In this document: piece after piece, positions 1 through 13,495 of the stretch
Layout of the letters: the number at the start of each line of letters is the position of its first letter
Position numbering within the stretch: the stretch's first letter is position 1
Assembly (NCBI GenBank): GCA_964187785.1
Contig: OZ076416.1
Span: forward strand, 54,188,001-54,252,000
Origin: Amphiscolops sp. MND2022
Lineage: Eukaryota
Reading direction: 5' to 3'
DNA: 64,000 nt
The notes under the pieces: model-generated
Database searches by the model: none
What the model was told of the DNA's origin: nothing
Seen by the model: only the letters and a program-made list of their open reading frames with translations
Position numbers and translations under genes: made by a program

Positions 1-2059
1 AAAATCTTTTTGTCCTCGTGAAAGATGATGCCTTTCTTGAGGGCACCATCCGTGTCATCATAAGACGTCAACGGAGTTTAAGAAGTCACCAAAGATGGTA
101 ACAAAAGGAACAAGAAGAGCAAAAATATTCCAAAGAGTTTGGTGCTATTTAGACGGTCTATATAAGGTGAAATGTTTGTAGTCGTTTATGGCAAGAGTGA
201 TATTAAAGAGACTGATTTGCGATCTGAAGTTTTCTTATTTTGGAAAGACGGAGGCGTGTGATCACTGGAAAGATTCGAAAGTGGAACGAAAGAGGTGGAA
301 TGTAAATTCTCGAAAAGTACGAACAGGATGTTTGCATGTTTATATATGTACATAAGAAGGGAGAGAAAATTTGAGATTCGATCGAAGAAAAAAGAATCAT
401 AATAATTTTGTTGTGCTGCTAAATAGAATCATCAATTTATTTGTTGCGCTTTTGTCTTCGAAGTTTCTTCTTGTAGTCAAGTAATCGACTTAACCTACTA
501 AATCTACAGCTAATCTAAAGTAAGTGTTTGTCATGGGTATCAAGTCTTTCAGAGTCTGTGTACTGTCAAAAATTCTAAAATGTGTGACGAAGTCAAAGTC
601 AAATCATTCGTCATGTCGTGTTGTCCAGAAGTGCACCATGTCATAACAGTGGCCTTAGAGCGGAAGGACTTTTCTAATTTTATGTTGAATTCATTTCTGT
701 AACTTTAGTTTCTTCTTATGATGCGTTCTTTGGGTTACTCGTAATTTTCATATGAAATTGAAAGTCTGAACGCTCTTAATACTTCATTATTTTCTGAAGT
801 AGAATATAGAGAAAGAGAGTACTTCAGTTACAAAGTGTACAACAATTAATCAAGTTAACTTGAAAAGCGAAATGTTTTGAGTGGCTATCTTGTTATCTTG
901 AGAGTCACTTGAGATTTCTTCTGTTTCTGTTACTGCTGGCCTTCTCTGATTGGCTAATGCTTCTCATTGGTCCACATCTTCGTTGGGCAGGTCCTTACAA
1001 ACGAAATTTTGTATTTAAGATTTCATGATGAATATCGTGACAACCAGATAATATAAAAGTGGAGATTTGGCTGAATTTGTTTTAAAAAACGCAACACAGT
1101 TTATGATTTTCCTTCCCCCATTTATGTGGGCGGAAAATAATAACGAAGATTCATTCTCAGTCGTCGCTTCATGATGTTAAACGTTACTGTGAAATTGACT
1201 TTTTCAATCCTTACTAACTGACCAAAATAAGTGTACCAAACGTTCTACCATTTTTAAAGGGCCAAATTGAACCTTTTGGCCCATAGAATTGAACGATAAA
1301 AGTTATTCCTTTTGAGGGTGACATTCAGTGTCCCCTTTCGACTTTTTTCTGCCCAGTAATAGTTCGAAAATTTTTTCATGTCTGAAAAAAGTCCTTTTTT
1401 GATAATTGGATGTTAAAACAGCCCAAAGGCCTCCTTTCACCTTTTGCGGCCCTGTGAGACTGTTGAAAGTTCCCAGATAACCTTTGTTGAAATGTAGGTA
1501 AGCGCTGTTGTAGAATTTTAAAGTGCGAGACTACTCGGGGAACGCAGACAAAAAAATAAACGACTGTATAAGAAAAACCAGAATTCCGTCTTTCAAAAGA
1601 TGTACCTTTGGAAAATGGAAAAAATTCATTGTCTTCAAAAGGCTTTTCAGGAGTTCAATTCTTTCAATGAAAATACTTACCGGAGAAAATAACGCTATTG
1701 GGCATTGGGTTTTCGGTATTCCATCCCATATTTCTTCAATATATCTCGCCAACTGCACCTAATTTTCTGTTTTTTTTTCAGGCAACTCGCCTTTTCATAA
1801 TAATCCCAAACTAAAATTTATGACCGTCTGTTGTCGCACGTCACTCTAATGGAACGTTTTTCGGGTCAGTTTCGCTATATATATATCTTCCGAAGCCGGT
1901 AAACCATCGATTTGTGACAATTGTGTAATCGAGAAATTTCGGATAAAGTGTTATTGCATTTGAGCATTCCAATAATTTCTGCTCGCAAGCTAGAATTTAA
2001 ATGAGACATTTTCAGAAATGTTTTCAATTTTCGAATGGAGATTTAATGAAGTTTGATTT

Positions 2060-2190
2060 CTCATACCGGAAGTTTGAAAAAATTCAAGCTAAAACTTTAT
2101 TTCCAATCAGAACTGAAAATGTCGGTTGCAGTTTTCAGTTCTGATTGGAAATAAATTTTTAGCTTGAATTTTTCACACTTCCGGTATGAG
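2060..2190. repeat. Long near-perfect palindrome / foldback (~60-bp arms)
   Basis: ctcataccggaagt...ccaatcagaactgaaaa, an ~11-nt loop, then ttttcagttctgattgg...acttccggtatgag as the reverse complement with few mismatches. Confidence 0.9.
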
Positions 2191-2214
2191 TGATACTGTC
2201 ATTGTTTTTGCTGA

Positions 2215-2705
2215 TCGATGGACCTACTGTAATCTGAGGTCTATTATAATCGAAGGACTTACTGTAAACTGGGGCCTATTATAATCGAGTGACCTTTTGT
2301 AATTTGCGGCCTATTATAATCGAGGGACCTATTGTATTCTGCGGTCTATTATAATCGAGGGACCTATTGTAATATGCGGCCTATTAAAATTGAGGGACCT
2401 ATAATATTCTAGGGACCGGCTTACTGTAAACTGGGGGGGGGGGGCTATTATATTCGAGTGGCCTATTATATTCGAGGGACCGACCTGTAATCTGATGCCT
2501 ATTATAATCGAGGGACCTACTGTAAACTGGGGCCTTTTATATTCGAGTGGCCCCTCATATTCGAGGGACCTTTTGTAATCTGATGCCCATTATAATCGAG
2601 GGACCTTCTGTAAAGTGGGGCCTATTATAACCGAGAGCCGACTATAATGGGGGGCTTTAATAATCCAAGGGCCTGTCATAATCGAGGTCTACTGCAATCG
2701 AGGGT
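2215..2705 (+). repeat. Degenerate minisatellite, ~35-bp unit
   Basis: More than 10 copies of attataatcgagggacctactgtaaactggggcct-like units. Confidence 0.9.
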
Positions 2706-4295
2706 CTCGTTTGTCTCATTTTAAAATCGCGACTGGCGTCATTTTAAATCACGTGACTGTCTAGTCCAATACATGTATTGTTTATCTGATTTCTATGCGG
2801 GACTGTCTCAAGTGGCGTTGCCAACAAGTTTCATTTTCATTGTTCGCACCTGACGGCTGTGCACGGATGGGTTTGATCCAGAAAGGATTGCTATTCACGA
2901 GTCCGAAACCAAATTTTAATTCCCATGAGATTCATGACACCGAAAGATTGTTGAGCTGTTTTATTTCTATTTTACTGTTATTTTGCAACTTCATACTGGT
3001 ATTTATTTAAAATCAACTATTCTGCGCGTCGAAAGAACGAGGGATCCTTTCTGTTAATCTTTGCTTTTTTGGACAATAGTATCAAGAAATTAGGGCAATT
3101 TTTACTGGAAGTGTCAAAACAGCTTTAAAGACAATCCTTTAAGTTTTTACATTCATATAATATTCTCTTATTAGTGAAATATTTTTATTCATGAACAAAA
3201 TGTGCTTTCGTATTGGGGAGAAAATTCAAAACAAGGTATACCTGGGGGGCACATGGTCCGAAAATACTACGATATGAATTAGATACTTTGGCTCAAAGGA
3301 GATTTGGCATTTCAATAATATATAATGTTTCGATTACCAAGTAGCAAAGAGTTTTTCATTTTTCAATTGATTTTCAATTCGTTATATGAATGTTAATTTT
3401 GTTCAAGAATGTTTTTTGGACTCATGGGAATTAAAATTTGGTTTCCGAACTCGTGCAAAGTTATCGCAGAAAGTCATCTGCGTTAATCAACATTAGTTTT
3501 GTCGGCGAAGAGATTTATTCGTTAATTCTGTCGGGTATACCAGAAAATCATGGGGCGACATCAAAAAAGCACAGAAAAATTGCGCTATTTTAGTGCAAAA
3601 ATCACGATTTGTCAGAAGTCATGCTAATATTACAAAATTTTCACCAAAAAGTGCATAGTAAAGAATATGGGCCATGTCAACTATTACCTTGGAATTTCTC
3701 CATTTTGAAAACCTAGCATTGCTTCATTTTCACCAGACATTGTTGCAATCCTAAACTACTTTATATACAAACAGTAGTAATGTAAATCAAGTTTTGCTAG
3801 AATCTTTCAATGAAAAGCAATTATTTTTGAGCGAAATTGTTTTAAGAAATGCGATTATCACGTTCTATGAAGCAAAATTCACAACAAATCACGCTGATTT
3901 TTGATTGGCAAGAAATCACGGAAATCATGCGGTTTCACGCCGTGATTTTCTGGATTACTACGTACCAAATAACATGAGAGCAAATAACACAAAAACGAAA
4001 TTAGACCCATTCAACATAAAAATGAAATTAGTTTCATAGAAAACATAGAAATATAACCGAATACCCGGTTAAACAATCGAACTCTAAAATTTTCTCTAAA
4101 AGTTTCATACGTGTTTTAGTGAATCTTTTGAATTGTAAATGTTTTTGACCACTAAAACTTTCTCGTTAACATTTTATTTTTATGTTCAATGAAACTCATG
4201 TCACTTTTGTGTTATTTGAAACTAATCAAGTTTTTATGTTATTTAGGAATCCACCGTTTTCTGCATTGCTTTACTTCTGTTAATTCGGAGCGGGT

Positions 4296-4878
4296 CTATG
4301 CAGGCTGTTCACTAAGCCAATAAAATAAATTCATTCTCAACGCGCTATTAAATCCATTCTCAAATTTGATTGGACAAAGACGCATTCCAAATGTATGCGG
4401 ATAATATATGTAGTATGTACGTTGAATAGGGGGCGTATTCATACACCAGAAAATGAAAATTTGGTCCCATACAGCGGAATTCAAATTACTAGCTTTTATT
4501 GCTGTTACAGCTAATATGTATGGAATTTGATTTCTTTGGAGAGGTTAGCATATTTGTTGTATGGCTCGGTCGCTTCGCTCCCTTCGCCAAGTATCAACAT
4601 TGAGGCATGGCCATATGGAACGTCGCTTCGCTCATGCATTTAGGGCACTAGGGGTATGTGAACATAGCTGACTACCTTATAATTAGATTTCCGACAAAAT
4701 GCGACACGCGTTTTCAACTTAGTGAATTCAATTCGATTTCAAATTCCAGCCAATCAGATTGCAGCATAAACAAATATTCTGCTGTATGGGATCGAATTTT
4801 CATTTTCCACATGGGAATTCCACTTGAACAGTACGGAGAATGAGTTTATTTCGTCGCTTTACTGAATCGTCTGCACAG
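4296..4878. mobile_element. Foldback/MITE-like element with long imperfect terminal inverted repeats
   Basis: ctatgcaggctgttcactaagcc...aaattcattctc is mirrored by gagaatgagtttattt...tgaatcgtctgcacag. Inner inverted segments translate to similar peptides on opposite strands (SAVWDQIFIF / SAVWDRIFIF). No TSD found. Confidence 0.6.
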
Positions 4879-5093
4879 TGAGCCGTCGGCACTGTGCGCC
4901 GCCCCCATGTGGCTTGTTATTAGATTAATTTGGATCTGAAGTTCGTTACTCTAACCTTGCATTGTCTTTGCGCGTGAATTATTGGAAATTGTGTGGTGAA
5001 TTCTTCTCCTTTTCAGATGAAATGCCACGGTCACTACCCGAACAACGGAGTGAGGAGATAGAAGTGATAATAGTAAGTTTTGTTTGGCTTCAG

Positions 5094-5661
5094 TTTTTAG
5101 TCGGCGCTTCATGAAGTGAAACGCGACTATTATAGTGATTCTTTTTCTTTTTTCCATTCCACATGAACTGACCAAAATAGTTCTTAAAAGTTATACGAAA
5201 CTTTATTGTCCCAAATTAAATCATTTGGCCTAGCGAACTGAATCAAAAAGGTTTTCCCTCTTTTTCCGCGTAACACAATACTGGGAGAGACTAAAGGGCC
5301 CCCCTTTCAATTTTTTCCGCCATTGTGACCCTATTTCTAATTTGTTTTTGCTAAAGGGTCCCCCTTCAATTTTTTGATGTTTTGCGACAGCATAGATGCT
5401 GAAAAACCCAAAGGGTCCCCCCTTTCAGTTTTTTTCGGCATTGTGAGAATTTTCGAAAAAAAATTACCCAAAGGGTCCCCCTTCAATTTTTTGGATATTT
5501 GTGATATTTGACAACAATGGATGTTGAAAAATCCGAAAGGGTCCCCGCTTTTAGCGCGCCGGCCCAACTTTCGTACTGTAAAAGAATACTTGACATTTTG
5601 ACGTCTTCTGTTATTTTTGAGCCTTAGATATGGCGCCGACGTATGCCGATCCCGGCTTGTT
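5094..5661. mobile_element. Helentron/HINE-like non-autonomous element, copy 1
   Basis: Termini tttttagtcggcgc and ggcgccgacgtatgccgatcccggcttgtt with subterminal inverted repeat AGTCGGCGC/GCGCCGAC; inverted homolog at 30386-31200; no TSD, T-rich ends. Confidence 0.6.
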
Positions 5662-6406
5662 TTGTACACAGCACCATTATGAGTTTGAAGTGAAGGATCT
5701 TTTCTGTTAATCACCTCCCCCCTTCAGTAAGGATGAAATTTTTATTTTCCTAATCGACATTCTTTTTTAATGATCTCTCAACAGAGCATTGCTCACATAC
5801 AGCTGGTAATTAAGGTTAAAAGTTTCGCCGCTCTGTGAAGCAGCTTTTTCATTCTTTTCACCTCTCCAGTAGCATGAAAAGAGCGTATGCTAAGTTTGAA
5901 CGTCTATTTTGTTAATTTTGATTATTTAATTTTTAGGAGTCGGATAACATTTTCGACTACTTCTGCAATCGGACCTTTTTCTCCCGACCTTTCAATGAAA
6001 ATTTTTAGTTTTTCAAAAACTGTCCGCACAATTTTTAAATTTTGCAGTAATTATACGCCCAAAGGTGCTCCTGTGTGCGCAATGGTATCAAAGTCGTATG
6101 ACTGGAATTTGAGAAACATTGATAAAAACAGCCATTTTCTGACTTTTTTCGATTTTCTCAAAAACTGTCCATGCGCTTCGAACGTATTTTTTAAATCATT
6201 CTACACCAAAACAGGGTCCTATGTGTGAATGGCATCAAAATCGCATGATTTGGATTGGAGAAACATAGCCAAAGTTAGTCCAAAAATGACCAATTGACAA
6301 TGAAAAACGTCATTTGGTTTTTCAGTATCTTATCCGTTTCTGACTCCTTTACCGCGCATGCGCATCTAGGGTTAACAGAAAAGGTTCGAAGTCGAGGCTT
6401 TATTTA

Positions 6407-7534
6407 CAGTACTGTGATTAAGAAATCGTCCCCCTATGCGCTGAGCGTCGTTATCAACCAATTAGAATTGCTTATTTGCCTATCACTTTCAATTCTGATG
6501 GGCGCAGAAAGAACACTTCTGCTATTTTCCCAGTTTTGGACAGGGTTTTGGAAATTTTCTCTAAAAACTTTGAGTACATAGGTTTCTGCACATTGTCTAG
6601 AATTCAATGATATATTTTTCGTTTCATAAACATTTTAAATGAAAAAATAATAGCCCTTTTTCACCGCGAAACGTTCATTTCCTATCTTAATATATGTAAA
6701 TCGACGAAATTTTAACTTTTTGAGCCTCATTTTTAGAAAATGGTTGGTTATTTTTAAAATCAAAATACATCCATGGATTAAGTAGATTTGTGGTAATTAA
6801 TTGAGTATAAAACATGCCAATAAAACTGTGAATAATACGGTAAAAATCGGAAAAACAGAAAAAAGTCCCAAATTTGCTCAAAATCAGTTATTTGTAACTT
6901 TCTCAATTTTTGTCCAGAAAAATTCTAAAAACACTAATATAAACTAAATGCAGTGTTGTACAATTAAAGGATAATATAAAGGATTATTTATATCATCATA
7001 TAACTCTTCCACCTTTTGAAAGCGATTCATATAAAGGAATAATCATTTAAATGAATAGTAATAGTTTAAATAAAAAGAAACTGTATTCTCAATGTGAATC
7101 GAACCTCGGCGATAGAAACGGGGGTCAACTCGATCTTTTTTTGGGAACTTCTAATATCTATTATTCAAAATTTTCAAGTTAGGTATTCAATTATAAGAAA
7201 ACAGGGCATTTCCAAGGGCTCAATACTTTACGGAAAATTGGAAAAATCGATTGTCCATGAATAAGATTAAGCTTAGATCTTAATGCGAAGTGCAATTTTA
7301 GTCTGAAATACTGTTTTGATTTGTGTTGAAAGTATGCAATAATTTAAATGATCCTCTATGAATAAAAAAACTTTTTTCATTTAAAAAATCCTTTTAAAAA
7401 ATAGAAATGCACAACACTGACTAGATGAAATGCTAAGAAACTTTTAATTCTGATGTTTTTCAAAATTCTCAACAGGTTTCGAGAAAATCGAGTCTGAAAA
7501 CGCCCCGGGGGACGTTCTCTTAATCACAGTATTG
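6407..7534. mobile_element. Tc1/mariner-type MITE (~1.13 kb)
   Basis: TIR cagtactgtgattaagaaatcgtccccc versus gggggacgttctcttaatcacagtattg; TA on both flanks. Confidence 0.75.
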
Positions 7535-8405
7535 TAGTTTAATGTCTTTAAAGATTTTTTACTCATTACTCCTCAGTAAATAACATCTACTTAATTGTTT
7601 TTAAATAGAATTTCCGTTTTCACTCTGCTTTAGTAGTACCGTAGTGAACTTAACAAGCAATTAAACATGATCAAAACAATTGAAGCCGAATTTTCAACTC
7701 GACAAACTCGATTTGAAATTTGGGAGTTTTCGAGCGTTTCTCCCACGAAATAATGACTCATATACATCAGATAAGCTGTATTTTATATTCACCGCATCGT
7801 TAAAACAGGACGCTACATTTATGTGTGTACATTTATATAAATGTAGCGTTTAAACGGCAGAATTAGTTGAATCGATTCGTCGTTCTTTTATTATATCACA
7901 AAACAGTGCACCTGTCAGCCCAAGTCTATATTCGCTGGAGAGCGTTAAAAAAATTTTACTACAAAAATTTCCACGTGTCATGTTGGCAGATATTTGTCAA
8001 AATTGCAGTTTCCGCGTTTGATTTTAAGCTATTCAAGAGTCAGATTTAGTGTAGGCAAGTTATTGAAGAAGACTGCCATCGATTAAAAACCAAATCGATA
8101 AATTAATCAATAAAAAAAGTCGCGATTTTCGTTTTAAAAAGTTTACAATATAATGACCAAAAGAGTATAATTTGCGAATAAGACGTAATGAGTCAAGTCT
8201 TTAATCAAGAGTCTCTTGATAGCTTACTCTTACTTGACTCATTCTTTCAAGTCTCAATGCACGTGTTTTTGTTTGTCCTGTGCGAATAATCATTTTACAC
8301 TCATGCGCAACGTTGCTAAATGGCGAATACAGTCGACTTCATTCTCTTGGTTTTCTAATTAGATTACGAATCAGATCTGTACAGTACTCTCATGTGCGCG
8401 CATTA

Positions 8406-8584
8406 CAGTGGATCCTGGATATAATCAACGTCAGGGGAACGACTATTGGTGTTTCTTATAATCGAACTTTCATATATCCGGATTTTAAAAAAAAAAGAAT
8501 GAAATTGGCAGTCGGTGCCAAGATACGAATTGACTATAAGCTGGTATTTCTTATAAGCGAGTTTCTTATATCCGGGATCCACTG
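8406..8584. mobile_element. Tc1/mariner (pogo/Tigger-like) MITE, 179 bp
   Basis: TA-cagtggatcctggatataa ... ttatatccgggatccactg-TA (19-bp TIR, one mismatch). Confidence 0.85.
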
Positions 8585-8733
8585 TACTCAAATCTGATAA
8601 CCAACAATTAATCTCACAGAAAACCAACAGAATGGGGCGGTGACGGTCGTTGAAAATTTGCAAAACATTAAAAATTTTTCCATAATCTTGATTCCAATCG
8701 GTCATTTCCAAAAATTAGACGAAAATAACAATG

Positions 8734-11069
8734 CAGTGCTCTGATTAAGAAATCATCCCGGGTGATTTTAGGCTCGATTGTCTCGAAATTGGTCGAAAAT
8801 TTGAAAAACCAGAAATGAAAGATTCTTGATATTCATCTAGATTAGGCCTGCATTAGTATTTTGAGGGATCTCTTTAACTATTTCCGTCAATAGCAAAAGG
8901 GAGGACAAATAAAAACACTTTTAAATACATACATGAAGTCTACATGTAATAGTAACTCTAACAGCGCAGATCTCCTCATATATATCAACGCTTCTGTTTG
9001 GCTGAGTGGGATTTTGATAATAACAGTCAATAAAAAGCTTCGATATGAATAAAGTGATCAATTGATGCACGGGAGAAAGACATAGTGAAAGAGATCCGTT
9101 TTGAGACTTTGCCGTTTCTCCATTTTCGTCTGTTTTACCTACAGCTTTTTTGACAAGTTTTGTACTCGTGTCGTGTGCGACTTATGGCAAATAAGAAGAA
9201 AGAAACTTACCGTGAAAATCCAAAAAAGAAATAAACTCAAAACTTGTAATATGTAATTTTGTCTTTTGTAACTTGCGCAGTTTTATCTTTATTATTTTCT
9301 CGCTCAGCTCTGAATTCTGAACACGCTCGAACGTGTTCACTCCCCTTGTTCAGCGACGCTGCACACATTCCTTATTTGGTCATGACGTCAAATGGCATCA
9401 TTTTGTCGTGTACGCTACGCCTGCGAATAACACATACAAAACATTTTAGTTTGTATGGTCATATGACTTGACGTCATATTACGTCATGCTCGTCAGCCAA
9501 TCACGGTAGTGACTTGATTTTACTGGCTGACGAAGCGGTCAAATTTAGTATAAAAGCAGACCAAATTTTCAACTCTCAGAGCTCTTCTTTTGGAATAATA
9601 CTAAATCGACAAACCCGGCCACTCCAACCTCTCAACTTTCTTGTACGAGTTCAACTCCCATCATCAGCGCGGCGCAGTATTTGTTAGTTAAAAATTCTTA
9701 ACTTAAACTTAAATCAGTAATCCTTAAAATTTTACAAGTCTTGGCTCAATTTTATCTAAGACAAATTTCAACACTGCTTCAAGTAAAGCAATTTTATCTT
9801 AGACTTTTGTCAAGCCTGCTTCCTAGCTGAAGCGATTTTATCTTAGACAATTCTCAACACTGCTTCAAGTAAAGCAATTCTAAGACTATTTTCAGTAACT
9901 ATTCTCGAGCCAAAACAAATTCAAGTCTGCTCTCAAGCTAGAACAATTATTCTCTTACGTAGGAGTTTCAGTTTGACTTCGAATAGAAGCTATTATACCG
10001 TCTTTGTTTAACAAAGATTGAATAGTCCCTGCTTTATAGTGGACTCTAAACCAAAGTCTGGTGATATTCACTGACTCTAAACTAAAAACCACAGCCTCAG
10101 CTGGGTTATAGGAAACTAAATAACTTAGCTTTTGTTTGACTCTTCAAGTCGGACAGTTCTCAACTTGAGACAAAGAGTAGCCGTATAGCGCTCTATTAAA
10201 ATAGTACAACGAAGCGTTGTTCTGAAACCAAAGAATAGCAATTCGCTATCTTTCCCAGCCCGTGACAATCGGTGGACTATAAACACCGTGCAAGCTATAA
10301 GCTGCACTTTAGAAAAGAGTCCTAACCTCTAACTTGATAAAACATAATAATAAAAAAAATACTTTATAAACTATTTCCTAGCAACTTAATTTAATAACTC
10401 ATTTCATAGTAACTCAACTTTATTATTCAAAGATTGATATTAAACCAGATTTAGTTGTATTTTGTTTATTTAGCTTAATTTGTGCGTTTTGCTTTTGTAT
10501 AACTGATATCTATTACAATTTTAGTATAAATAGAGAAAGGTTCAATTCACCTATTTCTGAACCCAAACACTTTTTCCCGGGTCATAGAAGTGAACTAAGA
10601 GTTCACGAATTAGACAATAATTGAGACTTATAATTACCACTGTTCAAGAATTCAAAGCGAAAAACTGGTGGAAAAAAATCACTAATTTTGAATATTCTTA
10701 GAGAGCTTTTGCTAATTGGAAGAAGGATATAGATTCATCAATTTTCCTACCCCCTTAATAAGCACTTCACACTCGATTGACTCCCTCATTTCTGATAATT
10801 ATTGGTTTCGGAAATCATCAACCGTTTTCAAAAGTTAAAAATTCCTGAATTTACTTGTTTCAAGATAGGAAAATCAGTTTTCGCGGAAATTGATTTTCGC
10901 TCCATTTGGACCGTTTTTGCCACGAAAATTCTTTGAATCTGAACTCTAGACAAATAGGAGAATCCGATAAATCTAAAAATTTCTCAAAGTGAGAGCAAGT
11001 AAACCATTTTAACTGGTTGGTAGCGACGCTCAGCATATGGGGGACTATATGTTATTAATCACTGATTTG
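8734..11069. mobile_element. Diverged inverted copy of the 6407-7534 MITE, expanded by an internal insertion
   Basis: Both ends match the 6407-7534 element in reverse orientation (cagtgctctgattaagaaatcatccc; agcgacgctcagcatatgggggac...ttaatcactgatttg). Confidence 0.55.
8945..10517 (+). mobile_element. Putative solo LTR
   Basis: TGTAATAG...CTATTACA 8-bp terminal inverted repeat (alternative start TGTAATA at 9245); TGACGTCA sites, CCAAT (~9497), TATAAAAG (~9549), AATAAA (~10350). No TSD found. Confidence 0.4.
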
Positions 11070-11965
11070 TATGGAGTTAATAAATTGTTGGAAAAAATCG
11101 TGCTCTAAAACTAAGATTTTTCATTTGAGAGAAGTGTTGTTAAAGATCTTGATTTTATTTAAAAATCAAAAATATCCGTTTTTTTGATAAAAATCGGATA
11201 TTATCAAAAAATCCGATAAAAATATGGTTGGGCAGAAACAATTGAATTACATGTAAGTCAGTGACAAAATAACAAACTTCGTTATTTAATCAGAACTTTG
11301 AAAAAGAAAGTTTTCCCGCTTTGTGAACACACTCTCCGACGCTCAGTTGAAAGATGACGTAAGGTAATGATTACGTAATCGGAGTATGTCAGCGAAGTTG
11401 AATAAACCAATGAAATTATTTTTAAAAAGCTGATACTCTTTCAATTTATCAATCGGTTAGCTGAGCGGTCGCCTAATTGAGCTAGACCCGATCAGGCCTG
11501 CAAGCGTCATATTTGTTTTTAGTCAGTGATAATGAAGACTGAGCTTGATAATTATATTGATTTTTATCATTGATATTTATCAATTGATTTTCATCTAACA
11601 ACACTATTTGAGAGAACGAAAAATAAAACAAGTAATAAGTGAGGTTGATGAAGAAACTGGGAGATTTGGCAGAATTTGGAAAAAAACGCAACACAGATCA
11701 TGGTTTTCCTTCCCCATTATATGTGGGCGGAAAATAATAAACAGACACTTGTTCTCCACAATTTTACACTTTCCGGTAAAACGCTCATAAGAAATAACGC
11801 TAACATGAAATTACGATAAGGTAGTCAGCTATGGTCCCGTATCTCTAATGCCCTAAACACTTTTACATGGTTTTCGTGATATTCCCAGTTTTTTTAACTG
11901 CAATTTTAATTGAGTGAATTGAAATCTGTATTTGATAAGTAGGTCTTGGTTTTTATGTGATATAC

Positions 11966-12583
11966 CTAAAGGTACCTATATTCACCTAAACAGCATAGTT
12001 TTTTCATGATGTGATAATCCTCTATTAAGTCTGCGTCAGATTCTTCGTCTGAGCGTATTGTTACATCTATATCCGATTCAGCTCGAAACATAGGCTTAGC
12101 AGGATGTCTCAAGTCTTTCATTTTAGAAGCTCTTAGAGGATGATCTTCATTTTCTGAGTCTGAATTTTCGTTTAAAGATGCGTGAACTCCTATAGACTTA
12201 TCTCTGGATCCCGACGGCTGTGTATTTTGTGTTTCATTTGTTTCCGATCTTGGATTTGTGATTGTAGATTCATTTTTGTTAGTTTTGATTTCTTTTAAGA
12301 TCGCTTCAAACTTGCTATCGATTTCTTCTCTCATTTTCCCTATTCTGTCGTTGTTTCTTTTCTCCATTTCTTGTGTCCAAACTTGAATCTCATTACTGAT
12401 TAGACTGGGTTCAGTTAATTGATTTTCCAAGATGTTAGGACCTAAATTTTCTTGATCAACTAAGTTAGAATTAGTTAAAGTCGTATTACCTGGGTTTGGA
12501 GTCTCTACATTCTCCTCTCTGCTTGGAGAAGGAGTTTCCAACCTTCTAGACCTTCTACTTCTCTTGTTTCCCATTCTGCTCAA
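11966..12583 (-). pseudogene. Truncated gag N-terminus encoded by the 3' LTR, running into flanking DNA
   Basis: Matches the first 191 codons of the gag frame to ...LIEDYH (one I/N difference), then diverges exactly at the LTR boundary. Confidence 0.9.
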
Positions 12584-13495
12584 GTGAAAATGTATTTCGG
12601 TTGCTGGGGAAGAATTTCAATTATCTTTCGGTATCTCAAATCCAAAGAAGGATCAATATAGTCAAGAGAAAAGTTTCGCAAAAGACAGAAAGGTTTACAG
12701 CAACTGTTTTGCACAAGGTAGAATTGATGAATGACTGATTCCCAACACTAGAAACTCCAGAAAATTAAAAGCATGACACCCCTTTTTATCGCAATCATCA
12801 TCAGAAAAATATAAAAATAGAATTTCATCATCATGACATCAGGTTATATATATCTCAGTTACATGACTTTCAGAAGAATAAACAGGACCCTAGAAAGCCT
12901 GGAAACAGCACAAAATGACGTATGAAGTTGTGTTAGTGGTTGGAATTCTCAATACATTGAAATGATATAATGAATGAACAATTAAAGCGAAAAACGTACA
13001 GTAACGAGTATACGCTACTTCTCGAACCGCGTAATGCCGCATAGTAAAAAGTGCATAGTGACGAGTATACATTATGCTTTAATCCGTAGGATGCCGCATA
13101 ATCCAATTACGAAAGACGCATACTTGCGAGTAGTCAACATATCTCAAAACGCATAATGACGTATAGTCATTAGCACATATGATCATCTGATGACGTCATA
13201 TCTTAAAAGCAATATCAAATGGAAGCCAATTAGTCATTCAATGTGATTTTTGGGTATAAATCTCTAAGTTTTGGCTACGTATGACTCTCCTATCGCTCGC
13301 AAACAACTTCATTTATGAAAAGCATCATTAAAAATATTTGCATGACTATGGCAAATTAACATAAAGTTTTGCAAGGTGTTTGTTCAAGTTCTTCAAAGTC
13401 TATTTACGATGATTTCTGGGTGTTGATATTGTCGCTGCTCGCATTCATCTCTCATTGCTGCACCACGGGTCCAGTACAGCTGTATGGCTGGAACA
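12010..13495 (-). repeat. 3' LTR (1486 bp)
   Basis: Direct repeat of 26411-27898; by eye 3 substitutions and one 2-bp indel. Confidence 0.97.

Noticed and set aside
1-960. Old LINE ORF1/endonuclease remnant on the minus strand
   Set aside because: Only a weak SDH-like motif and scattered Cys/His residues; insufficient support
11966-12583. Second independent gag gene or tandem element
   Set aside because: Identity stops exactly at the LTR end and TSD; it is the LTR-encoded copy
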